Under the pieces are notes generated by a model. The model saw only the letters and a program-made list of their open reading frames with translations, had not been told where the DNA came from and made no database searches. The position numbers and the translations under genes were made by a program. A stretch of 61,196 bases of DNA, filler included, from Stramenopiles sp. TOSAG23-2 (lineage: Eukaryota), in NCBI GenBank assembly GCA_900128395.1. It is 5 parts of 5 records of this genome, joined end to end, with 100 filler letters (N's around TTAATTAATTAA, not from the genome) between each part and the next. Parts side by side here need not be neighbours in the genome. Positions count along the whole stretch, not along the records: positions 24,540 to 36,704 come from LT649874.1; positions 36,805 to 48,969 come from LT649875.1; 3 more parts are not named here. One strand, 5' to 3'. Below are positions 35,595-46,408 of this stretch, piece by piece; the first letter of the stretch is position 1, and each line of letters starts with the position of its first letter.

Positions 35595-36344
35595 TTTTGC
35601 CCGTATCTATATATCTATATATGCGTATATATACTGATGGTGCAACTGGTAGTATTTGTTATATTCTTATAATATATTTTTTGATATATTCAATCTAATC
35701 TATCTATTAATACATCTATCTCAAACAATCTGTATCTTCTGTCTATTTTATTAGAGATATCCGTGGATATATATTATACCAGGATTACATAAGGGACTTG
35801 TGCACTTTACAATTTACAACAATAATACAAGTAATAATAATTGATGTAGCTGATGTCCTCGTATAGTATAAGTAGCTACTTGGTATATTAATACTATTAT
35901 AGTGCTATTTAGAAAAAGAAAAAGTTGTTACAAAACGAAAGGGTAAAATGTGGGGCTCCAATAATACTAGGCCTATAATTTCAATAATAGAGCTATAATA
36001 ATATTATTAGACTACCAGACGACTACGTATATTATATAGCACGTTTTATGATATATGATGAGAATAGTCAAAAATTGTGGAGTTATTTTTACGAGGCACG
36101 CACGCACCGCCGAGATGCGAAAAGTTGCAACAGTTAGAAGAATGTTGTAGAGACTTGTATACTGGTGCTATACTGTGTAATAGCGTAAACAGCAGTAATT
36201 CTGAATATGGCTATAATGTTGTAATCTATAGGCCTTATGTACATATATATTATATACATACACGATCACATACATGGATACATGTACATATATACAGAAA
36301 TAGATTCAATACAACATTCTTTAACTTTATATATCATTATCATC

Positions 36345-36614
36345 ATGGAAGATGAGAAGACAACATTTAAAACTCCGGAAGAGGAAAAATACGAGGAAGA
36401 ACAGAATTATATTCCAACACATCACTCCCATAAATTTGATATTGTAAAAAGAAAGAATCGAGATAGTAATAAATCATTCAATTTATCAAGACGAAGGCAT
36501 AAGAGTTATGATGACGAAACATTGGTTGTTTCACGTACTGCTACAGCCCATACCTTAAAATATGATAACATAGTACTGTGTAATAAAAAAATACATACTG
36601 TCCTTGTCGGCTAA
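36345..36614 (+). CDS. Short hypothetical protein or 5' gene fragment near contig end
   Basis: ATG after an AT-rich leader; charged, coding-like composition; no family recognised. Confidence 0.3.
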   Translation: MEDEKTTFKTPEEEKYEEEQNYIPTHHSHKFDIVKRKNRDSNKSFNLSRRRHKSYDDETLVVSRTATAHTLKYDNIVLCNKKIHTVLVG

Positions 36615-36704
36615 AACAGAAAGTACATATAACAAGAAACGAAATGGCGTATTATTTTCCAATAGTGTGCCGTTTTAATAATATTATTTACCAAAATATA
36701 TATT

Positions 36705-36804
36705 NNNNNNNNNNNNNNNNNNNNNNNNNNNNNNNNNNNNNNNNNNNNTTAATTAATTAANNNNNNNNNNNNNNNNNNNNNNNNNNNNNNNNNNNNNNNN
36801 NNNN
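36705..36804. other. Artificial contig spacer
   Basis: N44-TTAATTAATTAA-N44. Confidence 0.98.
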
Positions 36805-37101
36805 TTATTGTGAATTTTTAATTTTTATGAAATAACGGTCAATAAGCTATTTTTCGGATATCAAATATTTATTAGGCAAATCAGTCATATAACACCAAAT
36901 AATCACTATTTTGGCCTTTTCAGACAGGAAAAAGGCCCATCCTATTCCCCTGTTATTTTAACTTTTGGGGGTGGAGCAGCCTTAAATAAGTCAGCTCACT
37001 ATGGCTATGAACGGGCTTTAATTGGAGTAATAGTAATAGTAACTAGTTCTCCCTAATAAAAAAAAAGGCTGATGTGGTGCTGATGTGCTGATGTGATGTA
37101 G

Positions 37102-37387
37102 TCGAGTGTTTTAATTTTAAATAGGAAATGTTTGATTTTTATACTTATTAGTATACTTGTATATACAGAAAAGACCAACATTAAATGAATTTTGAAAAAT
37201 GAATTATTATTATTAGAAATAATATGGATGTTTTTAAATAAAATTCGAGTGTTTTAATTTTAAATAGGAAATGTTTGATTTTTATACTTATTAGTATACT
37301 TGTATATACAGAAAAGACCAACATTAAATGAATTTTGAAAAATGAATTATTATTATTAGAAATAATATGGATGTTTTTAAATAAAAT
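37102..37387 (+). repeat. Perfect 2 x 143-bp tandem duplication
   Basis: TCGAGTGTTTTAATT...TTTTTAAATAAAAT at 37102-37244 and 37245-37387. Confidence 0.92.
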
Positions 37388-37543
37388 GTTAAGTAATTGT
37401 TGTTTACAGATAATATAAAATACAAATCTAGACCTTGATCGATTTTAAAGTCATTTCTTTGTATATAAGTATTGCACAGAAGCCTTTTTTTCCCTCTTAT
37501 ATATAGCATTTATCTTTTACCGTTATATTAAAGAATTGCAATC

Positions 37544-38545
37544 ATGTTTGGTAATAATAATAATAATAACAATAATGGAGTATTATTTGGTGGTGGCGCA
37601 AAACCAGCAGGTATTGGTGGTGGTGCTGGATTATTTGGTGGTATTAGCGGCGCAAAACCAGCAGGTATTGGTGGTGGTGCTGGATTATTTGGTGGTGGTG
37701 GCGGCGCAAAACCAGCAGGTATTGGTGGTGGTGCTGGATTATTTGGTGGTGGTGGTGGTGCAAAAACAGCAGGTATTGCTGGTGGTGGTGGATTAAATTT
37801 TAATGCAAAACCAGCAGCTAATAATACTGGTGGGATGTTTGGTGCAAAACCATCAGGAGCTGGATTTGGTGGTAATACTAATATATCATTGACACCAAAC
37901 CAACAACAACCAGGTCGACATTTAAATTCAATAAAGGATGAACCACGGCCGCAATTAGAAAATTACACCGTGGAAGATATTGTAACAGAATGGGATAAAC
38001 GAATTTCAGACCATGAACAGAATTTTACTCGTACCGTGACGGAAATGAAAAGTTTCGATGATATTCTATTTCGTATTCATAAGCGTGTGAAGGATTGCTC
38101 TGACACAGTTTTTGAGTTACATACACATTGTAAAGAATTAGATCATGGATTGGGTAGCATGGAGAAGTTTCAAGATACAATTGATGGTGATTTGACTTTG
38201 TTAGAACAAGAGATAAAACGTGTTCTTCAACACCAATCATCTAGTACAACTGCAGATAAAGCACGTGAATCAAATTATAAATTAGCTGAACAAGTAGATC
38301 TTGAAGTTATGAATATGATGATACAAATACAAAATATGACGAAAAAATTAAATGAAATGGAAAAAGTTAGTGATGGCCAAGGTGAAGATTTTAGTCAAAT
38401 AATAAAAATAGTCGATCGCCAACAGCGTTCTTTAGAATGGTTAAATGCAAAAGCAAATGAATTAGAAAATGCTATGCAACATGCAGATGCTATGGTAACA
38501 TCACAACAAAGGAAATTATTTGTTGAACGAGCAAATATGAGGTAA
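37544..38545 (+). CDS. NUP62: Nucleoporin NUP62/Nsp1
   Basis: N-terminal FG/GLFG repeats followed by an Nsp1_C-like coiled coil (LENYTVEDIVTEWDKRI...ARESNYKLAE...IVDRQQRSLEWL). Confidence 0.85.
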   Translation: MFGNNNNNNNNGVLFGGGAKPAGIGGGAGLFGGISGAKPAGIGGGAGLFGGGGGAKPAGIGGGAGLFGGGGGAKTAGIAGGGGLNFNAKPAANNTGGMFGAKPSGAGFGGNTNISLTPNQQQPGRHLNSIKDEPRPQLENYTVEDIVTEWDKRISDHEQNFTRTVTEMKSFDDILFRIHKRVKDCSDTVFELHTHCKELDHGLGSMEKFQDTIDGDLTLLEQEIKRVLQHQSSSTTADKARESNYKLAEQVDLEVMNMMIQIQNMTKKLNEMEKVSDGQGEDFSQIIKIVDRQQRSLEWLNAKANELENAMQHADAMVTSQQRKLFVERANMR

Positions 38546-38733
38546 AAGAGGAGTGTTATCATATATCGAGAAAATTATTGTTTTTTTTTATAAAACATAA
38601 AAAAATACTTTTGTTGTATTCGACTGGGAATGAAATTTTTGACGAGAGAAGTTCGGTGTATGTTTTTTATACGAATATCAATATATATATTATATTTTTT
38701 ATTAAAATTTTAATTAGTGCATACTATGAAAGC

Positions 38734-38832
38734 TTATTTTTTAAATTTACTCATGATAATTCCTATCATATGATACTCTCCAGAAAGAATACAACAAACT
38801 GAGACAATAATATATCTATCTCACTAAAAGTG
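38734..38832 (+). repeat. Dispersed repeat family A, diverged copy
   Basis: TTATTTTTTAAATTTACTCATGATAATTCCTA...TCTATCTCAC. Confidence 0.7.
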
Positions 38833-39050
38833 ATATATATATATATGTGTGTTTTTCTCTTACTCATATGTATATATATATTCATTGACGCACATAGATC
38901 TATGTACACACTTTTTAATTTTTTTTTTAAAGAAAGTGAGTTACACTCCCTTTCATTTGCAACATTTCATTAAAATTTATACGAGCATCTTTTAGATGAC
39001 ACTTTCACGACAACACACACTTTGCCTCTACATGCAGCATGCTTGTCATT

Positions 39051-39811
39051 TTATATCCATATGGGATGTAACTTTGCTTTGTTTATAGGTTTTTTACATA
39101 ATGGGCATTTACGATGTCCAGCCTATGGAGCAAAAAGCAGCGTATATGAAGGGCATTGTGTTAGTGACGAGATCTACTGCCAGGTGTAGGTTTAGGAGAA
39201 TATCGAATTTTACTTACGTTTATACATGCATTTATACATCGTTTATGATACAAGTGTCCACATCCAGTTGACCAAATGTTATTTTTTTGTGAATATGCAT
39301 CCAAACAAATACTACAAGATAATGTTTCTTTTAATTCTTCTAAAATATTTGCATTTTCAATACTCATACTTCCATCATCGCCTAATGTGTCATTTGTGTT
39401 TGCTCTAACTTTTTTACCTACGGCTATATCTAATTCTTTTTCAGCTTTTACTAGTTCGTTTCTTAATTCTTTTATTTTTTTTGAAATTTCTTCAACATTA
39501 TTATTGGCAGTTTTTATTTTTTTTTTCTTATTGGGAGATAATGCTGAGGTAGTAGTTGTAGTTGTTGTTGATGATGATGATGATGATGATGATTCTGCAT
39601 TTTCTTTCGCTAGTCTCCTTCGTTTCCTCGCTTCACGTCTACTTAATCCATCCGTGTTGACAATTATATTATTTGCACCATCATTATTTTGTTCTTGCGA
39701 GTCGTCTAATAAACTAATAACATTACCAGATGAACCAAAAGACATATTATTTGATGTTGTAGAAATAGAAGAATCATCATTATCAAATGACAAATCGATA
39801 ATATTCGCCAT
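39051..39811 (-). CDS. SIM-containing RING-H2 E3 ligase (RNF4/STUbL-like architecture); exons 39811-39218 and 39122-39051
   Basis: CSIC...CGHLYHKRC plus spliced RKCPLCKKP. Intron 39217-39123 (GTAAGT...CACTAAC...ATAG). SIM-like IIDLS and VISLLDD. Confidence 0.85.
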
Positions 39812-40263
39812 GTTATTCTTTTCTCTTTATTCTTGTTTTGCTAATGTTTTACTATCTGATTTATCTTCGTCTTGAATATCCCTATTATATATACATACGA
39901 TAAGATATTATAAACAACCGTCTATCTTGTTTGACAGTCAGTCAGCGGTTGCACGGTTCTTGCAAACATTATAGTCATTTATCAAGAAAGTAAAATAATC
40001 TATATCACATATAAATATTTTCCTTGGTATACCTATACTAATAAGTATAAACTTATAAAAGAAGCCTATATATATTTTAGGTTACTAATTAAGAAGTGAG
40101 AAGTGAATTATTCTTCATTATACATGCAACACATACAAAAAGTATTTTAAATAAGAAAAAGATCCAGAAAAAGAATGATATGCATATATAAATACCTTTT
40201 TGTATATGCACACACACAAATATTTATACATATGTGTATTTTAATTTTCTACGACGTATATTT

Positions 40264-40794
40264 TTACTCTTCTTTCATAAAGAAATCACTGAGATCAAAC
40301 GATTCAATGATGGTTTGTCCATACTCTTGTATATTTTTATTGTTTGGAAAATTTTCCATAGCTAATGAAATCATTTCTTCTATTAAACTATTTTGAATTG
40401 CTTCATGTGATTCTTTAATATCCATCATGGTACATACCGTTACAATACAACAACGTTGGATTTCTTCAATGTCGGCATAATTTTTCATTGCATTGTATAT
40501 GCAATGAAATGATTCTTTGTTATTCAAAAGATATAGACGATTATCATCTTCCGTTTTTGATGAGGATGTTGCTAATAAACTAAATTCTTCAATGTCGGCA
40601 TAATTTTTCATTGCATTGTATATGCAATGAAATGATTCTTCGTTATTCAAAAGATATAGACGATTATCATCTTCCGTTTTTGATGAGGATATCATATTTT
40701 GTTGGTTTTTCTTTTGCACCATTGGCCTTCTTTTTTGATGACGACATGTTGTAAGAGAGGTATACTTTGCATGGATTAAATCATATATAATCAT
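40264..40794 (-). CDS. Small ARM-like repeat protein or fragment with an internal in-frame duplication
   Basis: AMKNYADIEEIQ and AMENFPNNKNIQEYG resemble ARM-type repeats; 106-bp direct repeat at 40462-40567 and 40585-40690 (period 123 nt = 41 codons). Confidence 0.5.
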   Translation of the reverse strand: MIIYDLIHAKYTSLTTCRHQKRRPMVQKKNQQNMISSSKTEDDNRLYLLNNEESFHCIYNAMKNYADIEEFSLLATSSSKTEDDNRLYLLNNKESFHCIYNAMKNYADIEEIQRCCIVTVCTMMDIKESHEAIQNSLIEEMISLAMENFPNNKNIQEYGQTIIESFDLSDFFMKEE

Positions 40795-41395
40795 ATGCTA
40801 TGGATCGATTTGTTTACTTTGTACAGCCGTGTTCGTTAAGTCGTCTATACATATCGATATAAATTGCATGTAAAATTTGTTTTCAATCGATAATAAATGT
40901 GTTGCAAATGTGTACCTCCTCCTGCCGAGGAGAGATTTTTTTCCACTTCGTACTTACTAGACTATATAATAAATGCTATATTATAATTATCAAAAATATA
41001 TCTACAATCTACAAGGTATGTTTTTATTCTATGATATAATATGTATAATAGTCAATAGTCAATCGTAACTTTTTTGCCCACGTTTGTTGAATTTACTATT
41101 TCTATGTTAACTCTTGTTATCATTTGGTGCCAAATGATGATACAAATCATCATAAGTAAGTATATAATAAAATCTCCTCTTTCGTCTGCTCAATGCTCAA
41201 ATGAGAGCCTCTACAGACAGATATATATTCAATTGTTGTATATGTATATAGATCCTTGGAGACAGATCTCATCTTTGCCTTTACATCTTCTCAATGCGTA
41301 ACCACTTTATAACTATTTAATCACATTAGAATTTAAAGTTTACAGTTATTTATTTTATCACGACATTATTCTAGCATTTGGCAATACCATACAAC

Positions 41396-42004
41396 ATGTT
41401 GAAAAAAGCACAGGAATTGAAAAATAAAGCCAAGCAAAGTGCTAATAATGCAAAAAATAAAATAAATAACAAAGTCGTTGAAGTGAACAACACCGTCGCT
41501 AAAGCGAAAGATGTGGTGGCATCAATTGTTGAGGAAAAGCCTCCACTGCGAGAAAATTGGACTTATAATTTATGTACAAGTTGTGGGGAAGAATTTGAGT
41601 TTGGTTGTTATTCTTGTTTCTGCCCTTGTTTTGCTCTTGAAAGGAATGCAATGTATTTAGCAACTGGAGAACCGCCGGAAAATAAACCAACAAATTATTG
41701 GATTGCTGCATGTGCATTTATGTGTATTATGGATAGTGCAACCACTTTAAGAGGGAAAATTAGAGAGCGTGCAAATATGGTTCCTGATGAATGCTGCACT
41801 GTACATTGTCTAGACACTTGTTGCGTAACTTTATGGTGTTTTCCTTGTGCACAGGCACAAGAAAAATTGGAATTACGAGCATGGTATGGACATGGAGATT
41901 TACCAAAAAATGAAGAAGGTGTTGTGCCAATACACAAAGGTTCACCCGCTTACAGAAAAAGTATTATGGTAGGTGGACCAGAAACTGGAAATGCAAAACG
42001 ATAA
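41396..42004 (+). CDS. PLAC8-family Cys-rich protein
   Basis: WTYNLCTSC, CYSCFCPC, LRGKIRER, DTCCVTLWCFPCAQAQE. Confidence 0.88.
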   Translation: MLKKAQELKNKAKQSANNAKNKINNKVVEVNNTVAKAKDVVASIVEEKPPLRENWTYNLCTSCGEEFEFGCYSCFCPCFALERNAMYLATGEPPENKPTNYWIAACAFMCIMDSATTLRGKIRERANMVPDECCTVHCLDTCCVTLWCFPCAQAQEKLELRAWYGHGDLPKNEEGVVPIHKGSPAYRKSIMVGGPETGNAKR

Positions 42005-42217
42005 AATAGTGTTTTTGTTGTAATATTTTAATACGCGTTCGGTAAAAGGAAATATATATATTTTTTAATTTTTTACTTTTTTTTAATTTAATTTAAAATA
42101 CGTACGCGCGTGCGACTTGTGTAATATTTTAAAAAAATAAAAAAATCTTTTTTTGTACACAAAAAAAATATGATATGCGTGTTGCATATTATATTTCATA
42201 CGTGTGGGGTGCTCTTT

Positions 42218-45200
42218 CTACTTTTTACTATCACTATCATCCCCAACTACTTCTTCTTCTTTATTTTCTTCAGTATTAGCAGCCATTCGTTTCTCTAAAG
42301 CTGCTAACCTAGCATTTCTAATATCCTCCCGTGACAATGGTCTTGCAACCTCCTCTTCTTGCAACTCTTCTTTACCTTCTCCTTCCACTTGCTCTTCATT
42401 TATTTTTTCAGCACCATCTTCATCATCAACTTCATTTTTTTCAGGAACTTTATTTACTTTCATTTCTTCAGGCACCAATTGAGTCGTTTTGCGTTGAGTA
42501 TCATCGTACTGTGGACTACCAGGTTCAGATTCTTCTTTTTCCTCATCTTCCCCTTGTTGTTCTTTTTCTTCTTCCACCATGTCATTTACTACTTGATCTA
42601 CTTTTTGTTGATCATTTTCAACTATCTCTATGTCATCATCTTCATTTCCGTCTTTTTGAAAATCCATATCATCATTTACTTCATTTTCAACAGTGTCCTG
42701 ATTCTCCTCAATATTATCTTGTACCTTCCCTTCACTAATAATTTCATCAGTTTCTACAATCTCCTCACTATCCATCATTTTACTTTCATATGCATCAAGA
42801 CCAGGATTTACAACGTCATTATTTTCATCTACAAAATCGTCATTCTCTCCCATGACTACTTGGTCATTTTCATCATTATCTACATCATCATTCATTTTAC
42901 TTTCAAAATTGATTTCTTTCATCATTTGCTCAGCTTCTTCTAAATCTTCATTTTGATTTTCTTCTTGTTGCTGGATATCTTCATCATTACCATATAATAA
43001 ATCATCATTGTATAATTCGTCATCTTTATTACTATTCACTACATTGATTTTCCCTGAGGCTTCATCAATTGCAAATGTGTCTCCATTATTTCCTAAAACT
43101 TCTTCCTCATCTTCCATATTATTATTTTTACTTTCATCATCATCATATTTCATGTTGTTGGTTTGTATTTCTTGATCTTCTACTTTATTTTCAATAAATG
43201 TAGCACTTTCTTCATATTGTTCTTCCTCTTCTTGGTCTACTTCATCCATTAGTTGTTCTTTATCATCCATTATTTCCTCTTGGAATACCTCGTCCTCGTC
43301 CTCCTGCTGCTGCTGCTGCTCATCGTATTCTTCTTCTTGCTCTTGCCGCTGCTCTTGTTGTTGTTGGTATGTAGCTGAGCCTTGGGCACTATACTCCATT
43401 AACAATTTATTGATTTCATTAAACTTCAATAACACTTCATCGCCAATTTGAGAATCATATACAACTTTATTTTTTTTTGCATTGATTTTTTTACGTTCTT
43501 TCATACGTCTTCTTTCTTCTTTATCCTCTTCGAAATATTCCAGCTCTTCCTCGAATCGTTCTTGACGTGCTTGCGCATCGCGTTCTTGCCAATTGTCACC
43601 ACCAACATGTCCACAATTTGCACATGCACCATTTGAATCGCGACTGCCAACATTACAAATGAAACATACCAACGGCATTTCCTCTGCACATGAATATGGA
43701 AAGACATCTTCATCATCATTTTCTTCTTCATCACTTTCGATTTGTAAAGTTTGTGCAACTAACATATCATTTTGATCACCAGTTAATACAGCTAAACGTT
43801 TCAAGTCAAATGGAGGAAGTAAGAATGGATTTGTATCAATTAAATCATCATCACGACGTACAATTGTACCAGGTTCAAATCCTAACCAATTTTTAATTCC
43901 ATCATCATTTCCGAGTGGTGCAAGGGAAAAATCATTTTCCAACGTGCGATCTTGACCATGCTCAGCAATCGGCAACAATGGCATTTTAATAATCAATTTG
44001 TAAACATCTTCACCATCAAACATGAAACTTTGTTTTGTTTTATTCACTTTTTGCCAATCTTTAATAGATTCAACTAAATTAACAATGCAACGACGATGGT
44101 TGCTTAATTTCTTTGCCAAATCTTTGCGTAACATTAAACGTTTGTTTCGTTGAACTTCCTTTGATTTAAATTTTTGTCCACGTGTTTTTTGCCAATCCCA
44201 AATGCATAATTGAACTTCAACCACGTTTGACTTTAATGCACGGCATAATCGTAAACAATTGCTTTCAACTCGTTTACGATGTTCGCGCATTTTACGCTCT
44301 TTAATGATATCTTTGGCAGGTTTTGTACGTCTCATTTCCGCTTCTTCGTTTAATTTTTGTTTTCGTTTCTTTTCCATTCGTTGCCTTTCAACTAATGTTA
44401 GACGTGGTTTTGAATTTTGTTTTTTCATTTTTCGTTGTTTTTTTTCATATAAACTTTCTGGCAAAACACTTTCATTATACTCACTTCGTTGCAAGTATCG
44501 TTGTTCAATTTCTTCTAACTTACGTAAACGATCATTATTCGCTTGTGAAGATACAGTTCTTTCAACCGGATTTTCAACTGCTTCGATATCATCTTCAAGT
44601 TTTCCTAATAATAATGCTAAATATGGATCTCGTTCTTTTAATGATTTACCTTGATATTTTTTGTTTTTTTGTGTGGTTGGTGCCATACCTGGGGTTCGTT
44701 GCATATTATGTGCACGTTCTAAATTACGCCTATGTTTCTCCAATGCTTTTGTTGTTTCATATGATGTGCCATTATCGTTGTTGTTGTAATCATCATCATT
44801 ATCATCATATTGTTCGTATTCTTGCTGCTGCTGTTGTTGTTGTTGTTGATATTCTTGTACTTGTCTATCAACTTTTGCAAGTGTTTTTTCATATTGTTTC
44901 AATGCTTTTGTCGCTTCATCTTGTTTTTGTTTTAATGGAGATGTATAATATTCAGATGGACCAACTGATGTTTCCTTTGTTTTTTTTTGTGGGGTCCTGC
45001 GCTTTTCATCATTTATCATACGACGATTTCTTTGTTGCTGTTTGTAATCAATGTCTGGACGCCGACGTTGTACTGGTGGTGTACGACGTTGACGATATTT
45101 TGGTGTCCTTCCCGTATCCTCATTTTCCTTACCAGATGAAAACGATGGTTGTGGTCTTCCTTGTTCAACATACCTAACGTTATTTTCAATACTTTCTTCT

Positions 45201-45583
45201 TTTGCAGTTAAATTACGACCAGTCTTGGAGCCCATGTAATATTGTCTTTTCATGTTTGAATCACTTCGTTTCATATTTCGCGCACGTGATATTCTTTTTT
45301 CAGTTTGTGATAAATGCTTCTTTTTAAGTTGTTCCTTGTCTTTCCAATTTCTTTCCGTAAAATCTTTGCCACTAAGCTCATCTGTATCTTGACCAAATGA
45401 AAATACGGAGCTTCTAATAGCAACACCAACCGTTTTTCTTCCACTGGACATATTGATCCCACCAGATCCAGCCCCATATTTATTTAAGCGTTTTGCTTCT
45501 CGTCTATCAACAGCTTGTGCCTGTGTTTGCGATCCTTGGCGTATTGGTGCAGGACGTGTATATCGTACTGTACTACCTCTCAT
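42218..45583 (-). CDS. Large uncharacterised coiled-coil protein with a CxxC-x10-CxxC Zn ribbon and a long acidic tail
   Basis: 1121-aa open frame; basic N-half, CFICNVGSRDSNGACANCG, D/E-rich C-third. Confidence 0.75.
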   Translation of the reverse strand: MRGSTVRYTRPAPIRQGSQTQAQAVDRREAKRLNKYGAGSGGINMSSGRKTVGVAIRSSVFSFGQDTDELSGKDFTERNWKDKEQLKKKHLSQTEKRISRARNMKRSDSNMKRQYYMGSKTGRNLTAKEESIENNVRYVEQGRPQPSFSSGKENEDTGRTPKYRQRRTPPVQRRRPDIDYKQQQRNRRMINDEKRRTPQKKTKETSVGPSEYYTSPLKQKQDEATKALKQYEKTLAKVDRQVQEYQQQQQQQQQEYEQYDDNDDDYNNNDNGTSYETTKALEKHRRNLERAHNMQRTPGMAPTTQKNKKYQGKSLKERDPYLALLLGKLEDDIEAVENPVERTVSSQANNDRLRKLEEIEQRYLQRSEYNESVLPESLYEKKQRKMKKQNSKPRLTLVERQRMEKKRKQKLNEEAEMRRTKPAKDIIKERKMREHRKRVESNCLRLCRALKSNVVEVQLCIWDWQKTRGQKFKSKEVQRNKRLMLRKDLAKKLSNHRRCIVNLVESIKDWQKVNKTKQSFMFDGEDVYKLIIKMPLLPIAEHGQDRTLENDFSLAPLGNDDGIKNWLGFEPGTIVRRDDDLIDTNPFLLPPFDLKRLAVLTGDQNDMLVAQTLQIESDEEENDDEDVFPYSCAEEMPLVCFICNVGSRDSNGACANCGHVGGDNWQERDAQARQERFEEELEYFEEDKEERRRMKERKKINAKKNKVVYDSQIGDEVLLKFNEINKLLMEYSAQGSATYQQQQEQRQEQEEEYDEQQQQQEDEDEVFQEEIMDDKEQLMDEVDQEEEEQYEESATFIENKVEDQEIQTNNMKYDDDESKNNNMEDEEEVLGNNGDTFAIDEASGKINVVNSNKDDELYNDDLLYGNDEDIQQQEENQNEDLEEAEQMMKEINFESKMNDDVDNDENDQVVMGENDDFVDENNDVVNPGLDAYESKMMDSEEIVETDEIISEGKVQDNIEENQDTVENEVNDDMDFQKDGNEDDDIEIVENDQQKVDQVVNDMVEEEKEQQGEDEEKEESEPGSPQYDDTQRKTTQLVPEEMKVNKVPEKNEVDDEDGAEKINEEQVEGEGKEELQEEEVARPLSREDIRNARLAALEKRMAANTEENKEEEVVGDDSDSKK

Positions 45584-46408
45584 GGTTGTTTGTTATATAT
45601 AGTGTATATTACTTATGTAGTTAAAATTGTGGTATATTTTATAAATGAATAAATATTAATGATATATTATACGTATTCGTATTATAAATATAGATAGATA
45701 GACAGATATTATAATTCTCTTATACAATTATCTATATTTATATATAATATATTCTTGTACAATATTTATTATAATTATTATAATTATTGTCCACAGGTAG
45801 GTCCTATATCTTTCTCTCTAATATATTCTATGTTTATTTCCAGTTTCCAGTAAAAGTTGAAAAAAAGTTTGTTTTTTTAACGGTTTGCTGGTTTTTTAGG
45901 TTGTTTGCAAAATATGAAAATGCCAAGGAAAATTAATAGACCATAAATTTCCAAATTAATTTATAGTTATTTTGGTATTATAATATTACCATTTACTATA
46001 TAAATAGTATTGTTATGATAATATGAAGTAAAAAAATTATGCCCAATGACATGCCAATTCCAACTTCGAGGGCAAAAATCAAAATTGTAATGATATGGTA
46101 ATATTATTTAAAATATGGTATCGTAGCCACCTAAACCATCCTTAATTCGGATATTTTTTCATTATTATATCGTTAAAAGTGACGTTACACGCGATACAAA
46201 ACATATATTGAGAAATACACTGGATGAAAGAGGTTAGGAGAAGAGATATTGTATGTAAATATAAATTGCCTTTCCTGTGTGTTTGTAATTTTACATAATA
46301 TATAAACACGATACAAATAAGATTCATACAACTAAAAATTTTATTATTAAGAACGTATAGATATACATAAGAATATATATATATATTCATACATATAATA
46401 ATAATAAT

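Noticed and set aside
42204-45177. Long antisense ORFs (e.g. 44323-45177, 42359-42943) and similar shadow ORFs elsewhere
   Set aside because: Antisense shadows of low-complexity coding sequence.
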